Of a DNA stretch of 64,000 nucleotides, positions 39,680-54,938 are shown piece after piece. The notes under the pieces are model-generated. The model did no database searches, had not been told where the DNA came from, and was given only the letters and a program-made list of their open reading frames with translations. The stretch comes from an uncultured Verrucomicrobiae bacterium. GTDB taxonomy: Bacteria > Verrucomicrobiota > Verrucomicrobiia > Chthoniobacterales > UBA10450. The position numbers and the translations under genes are program-made. The first letter of the stretch is position 1, and every line of letters begins with the position of its first letter. Location of the stretch: NCBI GenBank assembly GCA_963737995.1, contig CAVTUV010000011.1, positions 13,684-77,683 on the forward strand, in the 5' to 3' direction.

Positions 39680-39837
39680 AGGCGTGTGAAACATCGCGAG
39701 TGCCGCGATCAATCATTGTTAGTCGCGATGGACGAACGGTTTAGATTTCGCAAATGAGCAAGTCGCATGCCTCGCGCGCGCGACGCCGGCGGCGACCGGC
39801 AAACTGGCGTCCGGCGCGGGAGGGCTTAGTCTGGAAG

Positions 39838-41208
39838 ATGAGGTTTTACTTTCACGTTCTCTCCCTCTCGCTCGCGCTGACTGCGATCGCCTCCGCGGCG
39901 TCGTCCCGCGAAGCGAAGCGGAATCCGCAAATCGCGGGCGTCGTGAAAGAAATCTCGGCGCAGAAAATCGAGGCGAGCATTCGCAAGCTGGTCAGCTTCG
40001 GCACCCGCCACACGCTTTCCGACACGAAAAGCGACACCCACGGGATCGGCGCGGCGCGGCGCTGGATGCAGGCGGAGTTCGAGCGCTACGCGAAAGATTC
40101 AGGCGGCCGTCTGCAGGTGACGATGGACGAGTTCACCCAGCCGCCCGGCGAAACGAAATCCGCAACCGGTGCCAGGTCGTCAACGTCGTCGCCACGTTGC
40201 CGGGCGAGCAGCCGGAAGCGCGCGACCGGATCTATGTCGTGAGCGGCCATTACGATTCGCGCGTCACCGATGCGATGAACGCGACCGCCGACGCGCCGGG
40301 CGCGGATGACGACGCTTCCGGCGTCGCCGCGGTCCTCGAGATGGCGCGCGTGATGTCGCAGCAGAAATGGGACGCGACCCTCGTCTTCATGGCGGTCGCG
40401 GGCGAAGAGCAGGGGCTCTTCGGTTCCACCCACTGGGCGAAAATGGCGAAGGAAAAAAACTGGAACGTCGCCGGCATGATCACGAACGACATCATCGGCA
40501 GTTCCCACGCGGACGACGGCCACGTCGACAACACGCATGTGCGCCTCTTCGCCGAAGGCGTGCCGCCGATGAAGGAAATGTCGGAAGCGTGGCGCAGGCA
40601 GATCGCGACCGGCGGCGAAAACGACAGTCCGGCGCGCGAGCTGGCGCGCTTCATCAAGACGATGGGCGAGCGTTACGTCAGCGGCATGACGGTGAATATC
40701 ATCTATCGCAAGGATCGTTATCTGCGCGGCGGCGATCATTCGCCTTTCCTCGAAGCCGGTTATCCCGGCCGTGCGCATGACCGAGCCTAACGAGGACTTC
40801 CGCCACCAGCATCAGGACGTGCGCAAGGAAAACGGCGTGCAGTTTGGCGACCTGCCGGAGTTCGACGATTTCCACTACATCGCGCAGGTCGCGCGGATCA
40901 ACGCGGCGTCGTTAGGCGCGCTCGCCCTCGCCCCGGCCGCGCCCGCCGGGGTCGAGATGGAGACGAAGGAATTGACCAACGACACGACCCTGCACTGGCA
41001 GGCGAATCGCGAACCGGACCTGGCCGGCTACGAAGTGCTCTGGCGCGAAACGACTTCGCCCCTCTGGCAGCACGCCGTTTCCGCTGGTAACGTAACGCGT
41101 TTCACTGTCCCGAAAGTTTCCAAAGACAACTTCCTCTTCGGCGTCGCGGCGGTCGATCAGGAGGGAAATCGAAGCCCGGCAGTTTATCCCGCGCCTGCCG
41201 CCAAGTGA
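39838..41208 (+). CDS. M28-family metallopeptidase with a C-terminal fibronectin-III-like domain; 2 frame breaks
   Basis: Signal peptide MRFYFHVLSLSLALTAIASA. YVVSGHYDSR, APGADDDASGVAAVLEMARV, FMAVAGEEQGLFGS, RGGDHSPF. C-terminus ...DLAGYEVLWRETTSP...GVAAVDQEGNRSP. Breaks near 40160 and 40775. Confidence 0.75.
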
Positions 41209-41250
41209 AGTTTTACCCGCCCATCAACGTCCTACCGACCGAAATTTAAT

Positions 41251-41866
41251 ATGTCTAAACATGTAAACGGCATCATCCTGGCCCTGCTTCTCGTCGCCTC
41301 TGCGCTCGCCCTCTTGCCAGACGGCGCACGATGCTGCCGTCGCCACCTTCCGCGTGATCGATGCCCCGGCACCAATACATGCGCCGCAAACTCGGAGATC
41401 GACGACACGGAACCACACGACGACTTCGACGACGACCGTGCAACGGCCACCGCCACTGACAAACGCACGGCCGCTACCGATCAGCAGCCGCCTACCCTCC
41501 TGCGCAACTCTACCCGGTCCAGCCGACGCCGCCGGCTGCAGCCACCGCAGGTCCAGCCGCAGCGCCGAGTCATCGCCGATAACAGCAACCCAGAGCCGGC
41601 GCCCGAAGCGGCGGCGCGCCCGACCGCGACGCCGCCATGTCGTCCGAAACACAAGCGGACCGCGCACCCCGCCGGTGGCCCCATCGACTGCGGCCACCGC
41701 ATCGTCAGCAGAAATCGGATCTCCCTACGGCAAACCGGTCCCCGGGAAACCGGGATATGTTTTCAGCCCTTACGACAAGAACGGCGGTTACGTCGACGTG
41801 ACCGGCTTCGCCCCGGGACAAAGGTGAAGAGATCCCTACAGCGGCAAGATTTTCCTCGTGCCGTAG
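41251..41866 (+). CDS. Secreted Pro/Thr/Ala-rich low-complexity protein with a C-terminal SPY...PYSGKIFLVP motif; 2-3 frame breaks
   Basis: Signal/TM segment MSKHVNGIILALLLVASALALL. The C-terminus, reconstructed across frames, is GSPYGKPVPGKPGYVFSPYDKNGGYVDVTGFAPGQ / KVKDPYSGKIFLVP* (TAG 41864-41866). Confidence 0.45.
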
Positions 41867-41955
41867 CGGCACGGTCTGAACCGTCGCCCTGTGGCCGACG
41901 CGAGATAAGCCTTGCTGCTTTCCGCGCACAAACCGCGCTTCTCACAGCGAAGCGG

Positions 41956-42967
<1,012 letters not shown>

Positions 42968-42980
42968 CGCTCGAAGTTGT

Positions 42981-43046
42981 AGCCGGGATCGGTGATCCCG
43001 GCAAACGCCATGGTCCCGCACCCAGCCGGGATCACCGATCCCGGCT
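42981..43046. repeat. Pair of 22-nt palindromic elements in inverted orientation
   Basis: AGCCGGGATCGGTGATCCCGGC (42981-43002) and AGCCGGGATCACCGATCCCGGCT (43024-43046). Each is a 9-bp stem (GCCGGGATC/GATCCCGGC) with a 3-nt loop. Confidence 0.8.
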
Positions 43047-43173
43047 GTATTTAGCGTCCCTTTTTTGCCGCCGGTGAGTGGTGCTGGAAAGGCAGGGAAA
43101 TTCCTTGGCCAAACCAGATCGGGTGGGCATGGATCTAGCTATTTGTCTCGTGCGGCCGCGGCCGTCTGACCGC

Positions 43174-44834
43174 ATGGCAACAGGAACCCTTGATTTATCC
43201 CGGCAACCGCCAAAAAAAGGCACAAACAACGATGAATTGGGCGCGCAGAAGCAAAACAGTCCGCGCCTTGAAATTGATCCGGCAGCGGGCGCGGACTATT
43301 TTGAAATCATTGCCCGTGCGACGAATGATGCGGTTCGGGATTGGGATGTAAACACCGGCGCGCTCATCTGGCCGCGCGGTCTGGAAAGCTTGCTCGGGCA
43401 TACCCGTTGCGCCGCGAGCGAGAAGATCAGCTTCTGGTTCGGACACATTCACCCCGAAGATCTGGTCCGCATCCAGGACAGCTTGCGCAGCGCTTTCGCC
43501 GACTCCGCTGAAACCTGGAAGGGCGAATACCGGTTTCAGCGCGCGGATGGCGACTACGCCAACATCCTCGAGCGCGCTCTGATCCTGCGCGACACGGGCG
43601 GCGCGGCCGTGCGGCTGGTCGGGACGATGATGGACGTGACGACCCGGCGCCAATTGCAGGCGCAGGCCTGCCGCTCGCAACGCATGGAGGCCTTCGGGCA
43701 ACTGGCCGGCGGCGTGGCGCACGATTTCAATAATTTTCTCACCACCATTCTCGGCTACAGCGATCTGCTCTTGACCGAAAACGACGGTCAAAGGCCAGAT
43801 CGCAGAACAGATCAAAGAGATCCGCGATGCCGCCGGGCGCGCCTCTTCCCTCACGAATCAACTGCTCGCCTTCAGCCGCCGCCAGGCGCTCGAGCCCACC
43901 GTTCTCGAGGTCAACCGCCTCATCACCAATCTCGAGCGCTCGCTCCTCCGGCTCCTCGGCGACAACATCTCGATCGTCTGCCATCTCCATCATTTGCCCA
44001 GAGGGCGCGCACATCAAAGTCGATGCCGGCCAGTTCTCGCAGATCATTCTCAACCTGGCGGTCAACGCCCGCGACGCCATGCCGCAAAGGCGGCCGCCTA
44101 ACGATCGAGACCTCGACGCTCGCAGGTCGCGCCGGCCGGCGCGACCGGCGCACTCACCGGGGTGGAGCTTCCGCCCGGGGAATACGTCGTCATCTCGCTC
44201 AGCTGATAACGGCACCGGCATGAGCGACGAAGTGAAAGCGCGGCTCTTCGAGCCCTTCTTCACGACCAAGGACGAAGCGCACAGCAGCGGCCTCGGCCTC
44301 GCCACCAGTTACGGCATCGTGAGGCAAAGCGGCGGTCACATCTGCGCCGAGAGCGAACTGGGCCAAGGGCACCACCTTCCGCATTTTCCTGCCCGCGGGT
44401 CGCTGCGCCCCCGCCGCCCTCTACAAAAAGCCGCGGACGGCGCAAAAACGCTCACCGGCACCGAGACCATCCTCGTCCTCGAAGATGAAGTCAGCGTGCG
44501 CCATCTCTCCGTCCGCGTCCTGCGCAAACTCGGTTACGAAGTGCTGGAAGCGGCCCACGGCGACGACGCGAAGCGTCTCATCGCCCGCGACGCGGCGCGC
44601 CCAAGATCGACCTGCTCCTGGCCGACATGGTCATGCCGGAAATAAGCGGGCGCCATTTCGCCGACTGGCTGGCGCCAGACGAGTCCGGAGACCAAAGTCA
44701 TCTTCATCTCCGGTTATCTCGAAGAATCGCTGCACCCGCGCGACCGGCGCGAGCCGGGCATGAGTTTCCTCGCCAAACCGTTCAGCGCGGAGAGCTCGCG
44801 AGCAAAGTGCGCGAGCGTGCTGGATGGGGAATGA
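43174..44834 (+). CDS. Hybrid sensor histidine kinase (PAS-HisKA-HATPase-receiver); at least 5 frame breaks
   Basis: PAS (WKGEYRFQRADGDYANILERALILRD), H-box FGQLAGGVAHDFNNFLTTILGYSDLL, N-box QIILNLAVNARDAMP, G-boxes DNGTGMSDEVKARLFEPFFTTK and GLGLATSYGIV, receiver ETILVLEDE...IDLLLADMVMPE...FLAKPF. Confidence 0.8.
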
Positions 44835-44899
44835 TCGTTACATTCGCTAAAAGCTTGATGTGCGGCCTCAAGCATCTGGAAGTTGATGCTTACAGGTTG

Positions 44900-46174
44900 A
44901 TGGACGAAAAGATCGCAGCCTTTTCAGCGATTCACGATTCAACGATTCACCCTCCCTTGACCACTTTCCACGACATCGAAGACGCCGCCGCCCGCATCAA
45001 AGGCGCGGTCTACGAATCGCCCTGCCCGCGATCGATCCCCCTGAGCGAGCTCACCGGGATGGAGATTTATTGCAAGCTCGATAATCTCCAGCGCACCGGC
45101 AGCTTCAAGGAGCGCGGCGCGCGCAACGCCCTCGCCCAGCTCTCGCCCGAGCAAAAGAAAAAAGGCGTCATCGCCGCCTCCGCCGGCAATCACGCCCAGG
45201 CGCTGGCCTACCAGGGGCGATTGTTAGGCGTGCCCGCCACCGTCGTCATGCCGAAATTCGCGCCCCTCATCAAAATCAACAATTGCCAGAAACTTGGGCG
45301 CGACCGTCGTGCTGCACGGGAAGGATTTCGCCGAGGCGAAAGCGCGCGCTCACGAGATCGCGGCAGGAAAAGGGACTCGCCTACATCGACGGCTACGACG
45401 ACCCGCCATCATCGCCGGGCAGGGCACGCGCCGGCCTCGAAATCGTCGCGCAGGTGCCGGATCTCGACGCGGTCATCGTTCCGGTCGGCGGCGCGGGCTT
45501 GCTCGCCGGCGTCTCGCTCGCGGTCAAGACTTTGCGACCGCAGGCCAAGGTCATCGCGGTCGAAGCCGACCATGTCGCCAGTTTTTCCGCTGCCCTGCAG
45601 GCCGGGAAACCGGTTCGCATCGAGACGCGACCGACCCTGGCCGACGGCCTCGCCATTGCCCAGGTCGGAAGCAACGCTTTCGAGATCGCGCGCCGGCACA
45701 CCGACAAGATCGTGCTCGTGAACGAGGAACAGATCGCGCTCGCGATTCTGCGCGTCGTCGAACTGGAAAAAGGCGTTGTCGAAGGCGCCGCCGCCACTAC
45801 GCTCGCGGCCTGTCTTTCCGGGCAACTCCCCGAGCTCGCGGGAAAGCGCGTTGTCCTTCTCCTCTGCGGCGGCAACATCGATCCCAATGTCCTCAGCCGC
45901 GTGATCGAGCGCGGCCTCGTCGCGGACGGACGGCTCTCGCGTTTCACCGCCGTGATCAGCGATCGACCGGGCGGCCTGGCCGATCTGACCGCGCAAATCG
46001 CCGCCGCCGGCGCGAGCATCAAGCAGGTCGTGCACGACCGCGCCTTCGCCAGCTCCGACGTCTCGGCGGTCAACGTCCTTTGCACGGTCGAGACGCGCGA
46101 CCGCGCCCACCTCGACAGACCTGCGCATTGCAAGGCGCGGCGTCGAGACTCCGGGAATGAGCGGCGTGAAGTAA
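44900..46174 (+). CDS. ilvA: Threonine ammonia-lyase (threonine dehydratase) with an ACT-like C-terminus; at least 3 frame breaks; 3' end uncertain (46160-46174)
   Basis: PLP-lysine motif NLQRTGSFKERGA, GVIAASAGNHAQALAYQGRLLGVPATVVMP, VPVGGAGLLAG, C-terminal regulatory domain RLSRFTAVISDRPGGLADL... Confidence 0.8.
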
Positions 46175-46273
46175 CGGACGGCGAAGGTGGTCCCAGTTAC
46201 GCCGTCACCGTCCCGCGCATCATCCAATCCGGCTCTCACCTTGAATCGCGAGCGTTCCCCCGTAGGATGCGCA

Positions 46274-49229
<2,956 letters not shown>

Positions 49230-49347
49230 CGTTCTCGCGGCCGAGCTTGTCCGAGGCGCGACCGCTCCCGGAGCAGCATTGCGCCGCTGCGATCATGTTG
49301 GCGCGCTCAACCGGAAGCGAAAGGCGACGAGACCAGGTCTCGTTAGG

Positions 49348-50132
49348 CTAGACGAGCTGGATATTACCCTCGACGTAGGTGACGGCTTCGCCGCCGATCG
49401 AGACGCGCTCGCCGCGATCGCCGCAGAAGAGTTCGCCGCCGCGCGGGGAGATCTGGCGGGCGAAGAGTTCTTTCTTCCCGAGGCGTTGCGACCAGTAGGG
49501 AATCAGCGTGCAATGGGTCGAACCGGTCACCGGATCTTCCGGAATGCCGGCGGCAGGCGCGAAGTAGCGCGAGACGAAATCGCAATCGTCCCCGGCGCGG
49601 TCACGACGACGCCTTGCGCATCCAATTCCGCGACTCGCTGCAAGTCGGGTTTGATCGCGGCGACCTCCTGCTGCGACGGAAAGATCGCGATGTAATCGCG
49701 GCCTTGCAGAAGCTGTTCCGGGTCGCGCGCCGAGCGCCGCCGCCAATTCGTTAGGCAGGCTGACCGCCTCCGCCGGCAGCGAAGGGAAATCGAGCACCAA
49801 CCGTTCCCCGTCCCGCGTCACCGTCAGCTCGCCGCTCTTGCTTTGGAAACGCACCGACGTCCTCGGCGTAGCCGCGATGATGAAAAAGCACATGGGCCGA
49901 GGCGAGGGTGGCGTGTCCGCAAAGATCCACTTCCACCGTCGGCGTCATCCAGCGCAGGTCGAAATGCTCGCCGCGCGGGACGACGAAGGCCGTCTCCGCC
50001 AGATTGTTTTCCGCCGCGATCGCCTGCAGCCGCGCGTCCTCGCAGCCATTCCTCGAGGAGACAAACGCCGGCCGGATTGCCCGCGAAAGCGCGTTTGGCG
50101 AAAGCCGCGATTTCGAAATAGGGAATTTTCAT
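49348..50132 (-). CDS. PhzF-family isomerase/epimerase; at least 3 frame breaks
   Basis: [74 protein letters not shown]. Confidence 0.75.
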
Positions 50133-50161
50133 GTTTGTCGTTATCGGCCCACGTCGTCAGG

Positions 50162-51211
50162 CTAGCCTAACGACGCCAGGTCGATCACGAAACGATACTT
50201 CACGTCCTGCTTCAGCATCCGTTCATACGCTTCGTTGATCTGGTCCATCCGGATCATTTCGATGTCGGAGGTGATCCCGTGTTCGGCACAGAAATCGAGC
50301 ATCTCCTGCGTCTCGGCGACGCCGCCGATAAGCGATCCGGTGAGCTGACGGCGCGGTGCGATCAAGTTGAAGGCTGCGAGCGGCACCGGGTTCGGCGGGA
50401 TGCCGACGAGGGTCAAAGTGCCGTCACGTTTCAGAAGCGCCATGTAGGCGTTGAGGTCGTGTTGCGCGGAGACGGTATCGATAATGAAGTCGAAACTGCG
50501 GGCGTGCGCTTCCATCTGCGTTTCGTCCTTCGAGAGGATGACTTCGTCGGCACCGAGACGGAGCGCGTCTTTCGCTTTGTTGGGTGAAGTTGTGAAGAGC
50601 GCCACGTGCGCTCCAAAGGCGTGGCTAAATTTGACCGCCATATGTCCGAGCCCGCCGAGCCCGACGACTCCGATCTTGTGGCCTTTGCCGATCTTGCGCA
50701 AGCGCAGCGGCGAATAGGTCGTGATCCCGGCGCACAAGAGCGGCGCGCTGGCCGCCAGGTCGAGTTTGTCCGAGATTCGGAGGACGAAATTCTGGTCCAC
50801 CACGATGCTTTTCGAATAGCCGCCGTAGGTAATTCCGCCGGTGTGCGGGTCCGCACTGTTATAGGTCAAAGTCATTCCGTTCTCACAAAACTGCTCGAGA
50901 TCGTCTTTGCAGCTCGAACAGGTGCGACAGGAATCGACCAGGCATCCGACGGCCGCCCGATCGCCTTCGCGAAATTTCTTAACATCCTTCCCGACCTTGA
51001 CCACGCGCCCGACAATTTCATGTCCCGGCACACAGGGGTAAATGGTGCCGCCGCCCCATTCGTTGCGGGCGATGTGCAGGTCGGAATGGCAAACCCCGCA
51101 AAAAAGGATCCCAATCTGGACGTCGTTAGGTGCGGGATCGCGCCGTTCAAAGGAAAAAGGAGCGAGCGGCGTGCTCTGCGAGTGGGCAGCGTAGGCTTTG
51201 GTGGAATACAT
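50162..51211 (-). CDS. Zinc-dependent NAD(P) alcohol dehydrogenase (cinnamyl-ADH/YahK-like)
   Basis: Intact. GVCHSDLH, GHEIVGRV, structural zinc site CRTCSSCKDDLEQFC, Rossmann motif GVVGLGGLGHMAVK. The start is taken at MYSTKAY. Confidence 0.85.
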   Translation of the reverse strand: MYSTKAYAAHSQSTPLAPFSFERRDPAPNDVQIGILFCGVCHSDLHIARNEWGGGTIYPCVPGHEIVGRVVKVGKDVKKFREGDRAAVGCLVDSCRTCSSCKDDLEQFCENGMTLTYNSADPHTGGITYGGYSKSIVVDQNFVLRISDKLDLAASAPLLCAGITTYSPLRLRKIGKGHKIGVVGLGGLGHMAVKFSHAFGAHVALFTTSPNKAKDALRLGADEVILSKDETQMEAHARSFDFIIDTVSAQHDLNAYMALLKRDGTLTLVGIPPNPVPLAAFNLIAPRRQLTGSLIGGVAETQEMLDFCAEHGITSDIEMIRMDQINEAYERMLKQDVKYRFVIDLASLG

Positions 51212-51318
51212 CAAGAAATGAGAGTTGTGGCGTTCGTTGCCCGTTACCCTCAACGCGCGCAACGCCCGTCGCAAATTTCGCGGCTTCCGATTTTGGAATA
51301 GGAGGCGAGAATGGCGCG

Positions 51319-52446
51319 ATGCGGATTCTGATTGCGCCAGACAAATTCAAAGGCTCGTTAGGGGCGCGCGCCATCGGCGAAGCGATCGCGCGGGGATTAG
51401 AGGCAGCCTTGCCTGAAGCAGACCTCGAGATCGTCCCTCTGGCCGATGGCGGCGAAGGCACGGCCGAGGCCATCTGCCAGGCGCGCGGCGGGGAGTGGGT
51501 CAATTGCCCGGCGCATGACGCGCTCGGTCGCGTTCGGCCCGCTCGTTATGGGTGGCTGGCGGCACCCCGTCTCGCCGTTATGGAAATGAGCGCCGCCGCC
51601 GGGCTCGCACAGCTCGCGCCTGACGAACGTAATCCGCTGCGCGCCTCTACCTTCGGGGTGGGCGAGATGCTGGCCAGCGCCACGGCCCGGAGAGCAGTCG
51701 AAATCATCATCGGCCTCGGGGGCAGCGCAACTAATGACGGCGGTTTTGGCCTGGCCCGCGCCCTCGGTTTTCGCTTCCTCGGTGATGACGGCCGCGCCCT
51801 CACTGGTCCGGTCTCCGAGCTGGCGGATCTGGCCCAGATCATTTCCCCTAACGAATTGTCGCTTCCCCGCATCACGGCCGCTTGCGATGTGCGCAACCCG
51901 TTGCTCGGCGAGCACGGCGCAACCCGCACCTTCGGAGCGCAAAAAGGAGCAACCCCGGAACAAATCGAAATCCTTGAGCGCGCCTTGTCGCGTCTGGCGG
52001 AAGTTGCGGCGCTTACCTTTGCTCGCGATGACCGAGAGAGTCCCGGCGCTGGCGCGGCCGGCGGCCTCGGATTTGGGCTTCTCACCTTCTGCGGTGCGGC
52101 GGTGCAATCCGGTTTCGACGTGGTGGCCGAAGCGATCGATCTGCGCGCGAAAATCGAGCGGGCTGACATTGTCATTACCGGCGAAGGAAAACTCGATCGC
52201 CAGACGCTCGCGGGAAAAGCACCCGTCGGCCTGGCGCGGATGGCGCGCGAACTGCGAAAGCCTGTCTACGCGATCGTCGGCACGGCGACGGAGGATCCGG
52301 AGGTGCGACTGCTTTTCGACGACATCGCCACCGTGGATGACGCGAGCCCCGGTTACCGCAACACGGCGCAACTGCTGGAAATCCGAGCCCGCGCCCTGGC
52401 CCTTCGCTGGCATGGCCGCGAGTCGGGCGCCTCGCTCAGTAGTTGA
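51319..52446 (+). CDS. glxK: Glycerate kinase
   Basis: Intact 375-aa ORF: MRILIAPDKFKGSL, PLADGGEGT, IIGLGGSATNDGGFG, ITGEGKLDRQTLAGKAP. Confidence 0.85.
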   Translation: MRILIAPDKFKGSLGARAIGEAIARGLEAALPEADLEIVPLADGGEGTAEAICQARGGEWVNCPAHDALGRVRPARYGWLAAPRLAVMEMSAAAGLAQLAPDERNPLRASTFGVGEMLASATARRAVEIIIGLGGSATNDGGFGLARALGFRFLGDDGRALTGPVSELADLAQIISPNELSLPRITAACDVRNPLLGEHGATRTFGAQKGATPEQIEILERALSRLAEVAALTFARDDRESPGAGAAGGLGFGLLTFCGAAVQSGFDVVAEAIDLRAKIERADIVITGEGKLDRQTLAGKAPVGLARMARELRKPVYAIVGTATEDPEVRLLFDDIATVDDASPGYRNTAQLLEIRARALALRWHGRESGASLSS

Positions 52447-53707
52447 AGGATTGAAGGCTTTCCCCGGGGTGGGGCCCTTCAACGTAGCCGGTCCTTAGAG
52501 CTGGATTCAGCGCGATGCGTCCCGGGACCACCCGGGCGGGATTGGCGAAATTCAGATCATCAATCGACTCGACCAAATGGCCCGAGGTATCAAACACCTG
52601 AATGCTGCTTCCACTCGACCCCGTGCTCGTGAATTCCTGAGCGACGAGAAATAATTTGTTCACGGGGTCGAAGACGACCTCCTGTCCTCGGTTGAGGGAA
52701 TCTGACGCCTGGGGTAGCCTCACGCTGAAACCCTTGCGCGTGGCCAAATCGTAAAATTGCACGGTCGGGACGAACGAGACGGTCGTGCACAGGATGCCAT
52801 CCTCGGAATCAACCGCGATGCCGTTGATCAGGCCGAGGCCTTTGCCGGCGAACTTTGTGAACGCGCCCGTGGCGAGATCGAGAAAACCGATCTGGGGCGG
52901 GACAATGAACGGCGAACGCGCGTTGTGCCCCAGGATGGCCTGGTTCGTTTTGCTGTCGAATGCCATCACCGGAGGAAGCTCGAAGTTGAAATCAGGATCG
53001 ATCAGTTCGAAGGCTGGCCCGAAAGTGTTTGCCCCGACATCGGAGGTGAAGACGGTCGTGTTACCGTGACCGCTGAAATCGATCGCGAGGACGGCGACTT
53101 CCGAAGTTCCCGCGTCGGTCCTGACCTGGTCGATGTTCTGTTTCCGGCCAAGGGGCGGAGTCCAGCGGCCGGTAACCATGTTTGAGGAAAGGGGATCGAT
53201 AATAGAAAAAGTGCGCTGAACGTGAAAGAGTCCCAGCGGATGTTCGCGCTCGATCAGGCCGACGGCGTTGCCCACCACTCCGAGCGTGACGAAGTCGTCA
53301 TGCCGGCGCGTCGCCGACACCACCGCGAGAATCTGGCCCGTGGCTTGATCGAAGGTCTCGACCGCTGACAGGAGGGTGCCGTCCGGCATGAACTTGGACT
53401 CGCTTGAGACTCCCTCGGTGCCGTTTGGATCAATATCGAAACCGAAGATCGTCCCTCCAAACGCACCCTGCACGATGACGCCGGCCGGTCCGATGGCGGC
53501 CTTCGCCGGCACTACGTTCGCTTCCCATATCATGACGGCCAATCCGGCAAAGCTGAATGCGTAAAAGAACCTCAAGGGGATCAGGATAAGCCTGAGGGGC
53601 GCAGCCAGCGCCGAGAACCAAAAAAGATTGGTTCGCCTACGAACGTCCCGAGAATCGTTGGGAAAGAAAACGATACCTGGTCGACGACAAAATCCGGGAT
53701 TGGTCAT
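52436..53707 (-). CDS. Hypothetical membrane-anchored/secreted beta-propeller-like protein
   Basis: Intact 423-aa ORF. N-terminal hydrophobic anchor, then beta-rich repeats (YncE-like appearance). Convergent with glxK, with an 11-nt overlap. Confidence 0.45.
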   Translation of the reverse strand: MTNPGFCRRPGIVFFPNDSRDVRRRTNLFWFSALAAPLRLILIPLRFFYAFSFAGLAVMIWEANVVPAKAAIGPAGVIVQGAFGGTIFGFDIDPNGTEGVSSESKFMPDGTLLSAVETFDQATGQILAVVSATRRHDDFVTLGVVGNAVGLIEREHPLGLFHVQRTFSIIDPLSSNMVTGRWTPPLGRKQNIDQVRTDAGTSEVAVLAIDFSGHGNTTVFTSDVGANTFGPAFELIDPDFNFELPPVMAFDSKTNQAILGHNARSPFIVPPQIGFLDLATGAFTKFAGKGLGLINGIAVDSEDGILCTTVSFVPTVQFYDLATRKGFSVRLPQASDSLNRGQEVVFDPVNKLFLVAQEFTSTGSSGSSIQVFDTSGHLVESIDDLNFANPARVVPGRIALNPALRTGYVEGPHPGESLQSFNY

Positions 53708-53870
53708 GCCCTGATTCTGCTTGGACAGACCACAATTGCAAAGAGACTTCCGGTAACAGATCCGTTACCCCGAAGGTACCCTTCCACGCAATCATCGGCA
53801 ACTCGGGTAAAGCCGAAGGGCACCATCGGCACGGAGCGCGGCGGCTTTCGTCCGAGGATCGCTCTTCTTC

Positions 53871-54821
53871 CTAGGGTGAGAGTTCCCAGGTATCGTTCAT
53901 CGGCACCTCGTGATTTTGTCCGCCGAACAAGATGATGTGACCGAGCGCGGGATCATAGACCATACCGGCGCCTTCGCGCTTTGGCGGCGATTGCGAGGTG
54001 AATACTTGCTCCCAATTGGAACCGGTCCACGACCAGGTGGAGTTCTGATCGATGCCGCCGTTGGCTCCTCCGAAGAGAATCACGGTATTCAGATTAGGTT
54101 CGAACGCTGCGGAAGCTGCATAAACCGTGAGCGGTTGATTGGCGGGAGATTCCATCGTCCAGGTCGTGCCATCATAGGTCCAGGTGTTGATTGGGTTGAC
54201 ATCGCCCAGGCCGCCGTAGAGGACAATTTGCCTGGCCCGGTAATTCACTCCCACCGCGGACGACGATCGCGCGAAAGGCAACTCGGATAAACGCAACTTT
54301 CTCCAATCCGAACCACTCCATTGCCACATGGTTCCCTCGTAGAGGTTACCGGAGAATCCGCCAAACTCGTCCACGCGACCGCTGAGGTCGGTGAAGACCA
54401 TGGGACCCGTAACCGCCGCGGGAGAATGAGCCGGCGTGGCCTGTGTCCAGGTAGAGGTCCGGCTGTCCCAGAGCCACGTATCGCCCAAGTCATGGCTCCC
54501 GTCGTAGCCACCGAAGAGAACCACCTTCCGCGCGCGGCGGTCGTAGGCCATTTGCGCATTGGTGCGCGGGCCAGGCGCGCTGGCGGTCTCGACTTTCGTC
54601 CAGGTAGTGCCATCAAACGTCCAGGTATCGTTCAAATAGCCGCTGCCGCCAAAGCCCCCAAATAGCACCACCATGTTACTCGCCGGATCGTAGGTCATCG
54701 CCGGATAGGAGCGCACAGACGGCGAGGCGGCAGGGAAAAGCTGAATCCAAGTGGTGGCCGCCTGCGTCGTCGCGGCGGTGAGCAAGGTCAAAGCGAAGCC
54801 GACAAAAAGAAAACGTTTCAT
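53871..54821 (-). CDS. Secreted Kelch-repeat (galactose-oxidase-like) beta-propeller protein
   Basis: Signal peptide MKRFLFVGFALTLLTAATTQA, then six units of the type (V/I)(L/I)(F/Y)GG...(N/G)DTW(T/L/S)(F/W)D...W. Confidence 0.75.
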   Translation of the reverse strand: MKRFLFVGFALTLLTAATTQAATTWIQLFPAASPSVRSYPAMTYDPASNMVVLFGGFGGSGYLNDTWTFDGTTWTKVETASAPGPRTNAQMAYDRRARKVVLFGGYDGSHDLGDTWLWDSRTSTWTQATPAHSPAAVTGPMVFTDLSGRVDEFGGFSGNLYEGTMWQWSGSDWRKLRLSELPFARSSSAVGVNYRARQIVLYGGLGDVNPINTWTYDGTTWTMESPANQPLTVYAASAAFEPNLNTVILFGGANGGIDQNSTWSWTGSNWEQVFTSQSPPKREGAGMVYDPALGHIILFGGQNHEVPMNDTWELSP

Positions 54822-54938
54822 TTCACAGGGACTTTTCGATTGGTGTTCCAAAAGATAGAATGCCCAGCCCATAAGCAAATGCAATAACGGCGGCCGAAGA
54901 AGCTCATTCGTCTGCCACAAGAAATGACCGGGACGTCG

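Noticed and set aside
38480-39712. Regular DNA periodicity of about 126 nt that could be mistaken for a repeat array or CRISPR.
   Set aside because: The repeats are imperfect and translate into NHL propeller blades within one intact ORF. There is no repeat/unique-spacer structure and there are no cas genes.
46175-46273. Expected glycine riboswitch upstream of gcvP.
   Set aside because: I could not find the conserved GGAGAG...CACCGAAGGGGCAA...CTCAGGCAAAAGGAC-type cores in the roughly 100-nt leader. A covariance-model scan (Rfam RF00504) would be decisive.
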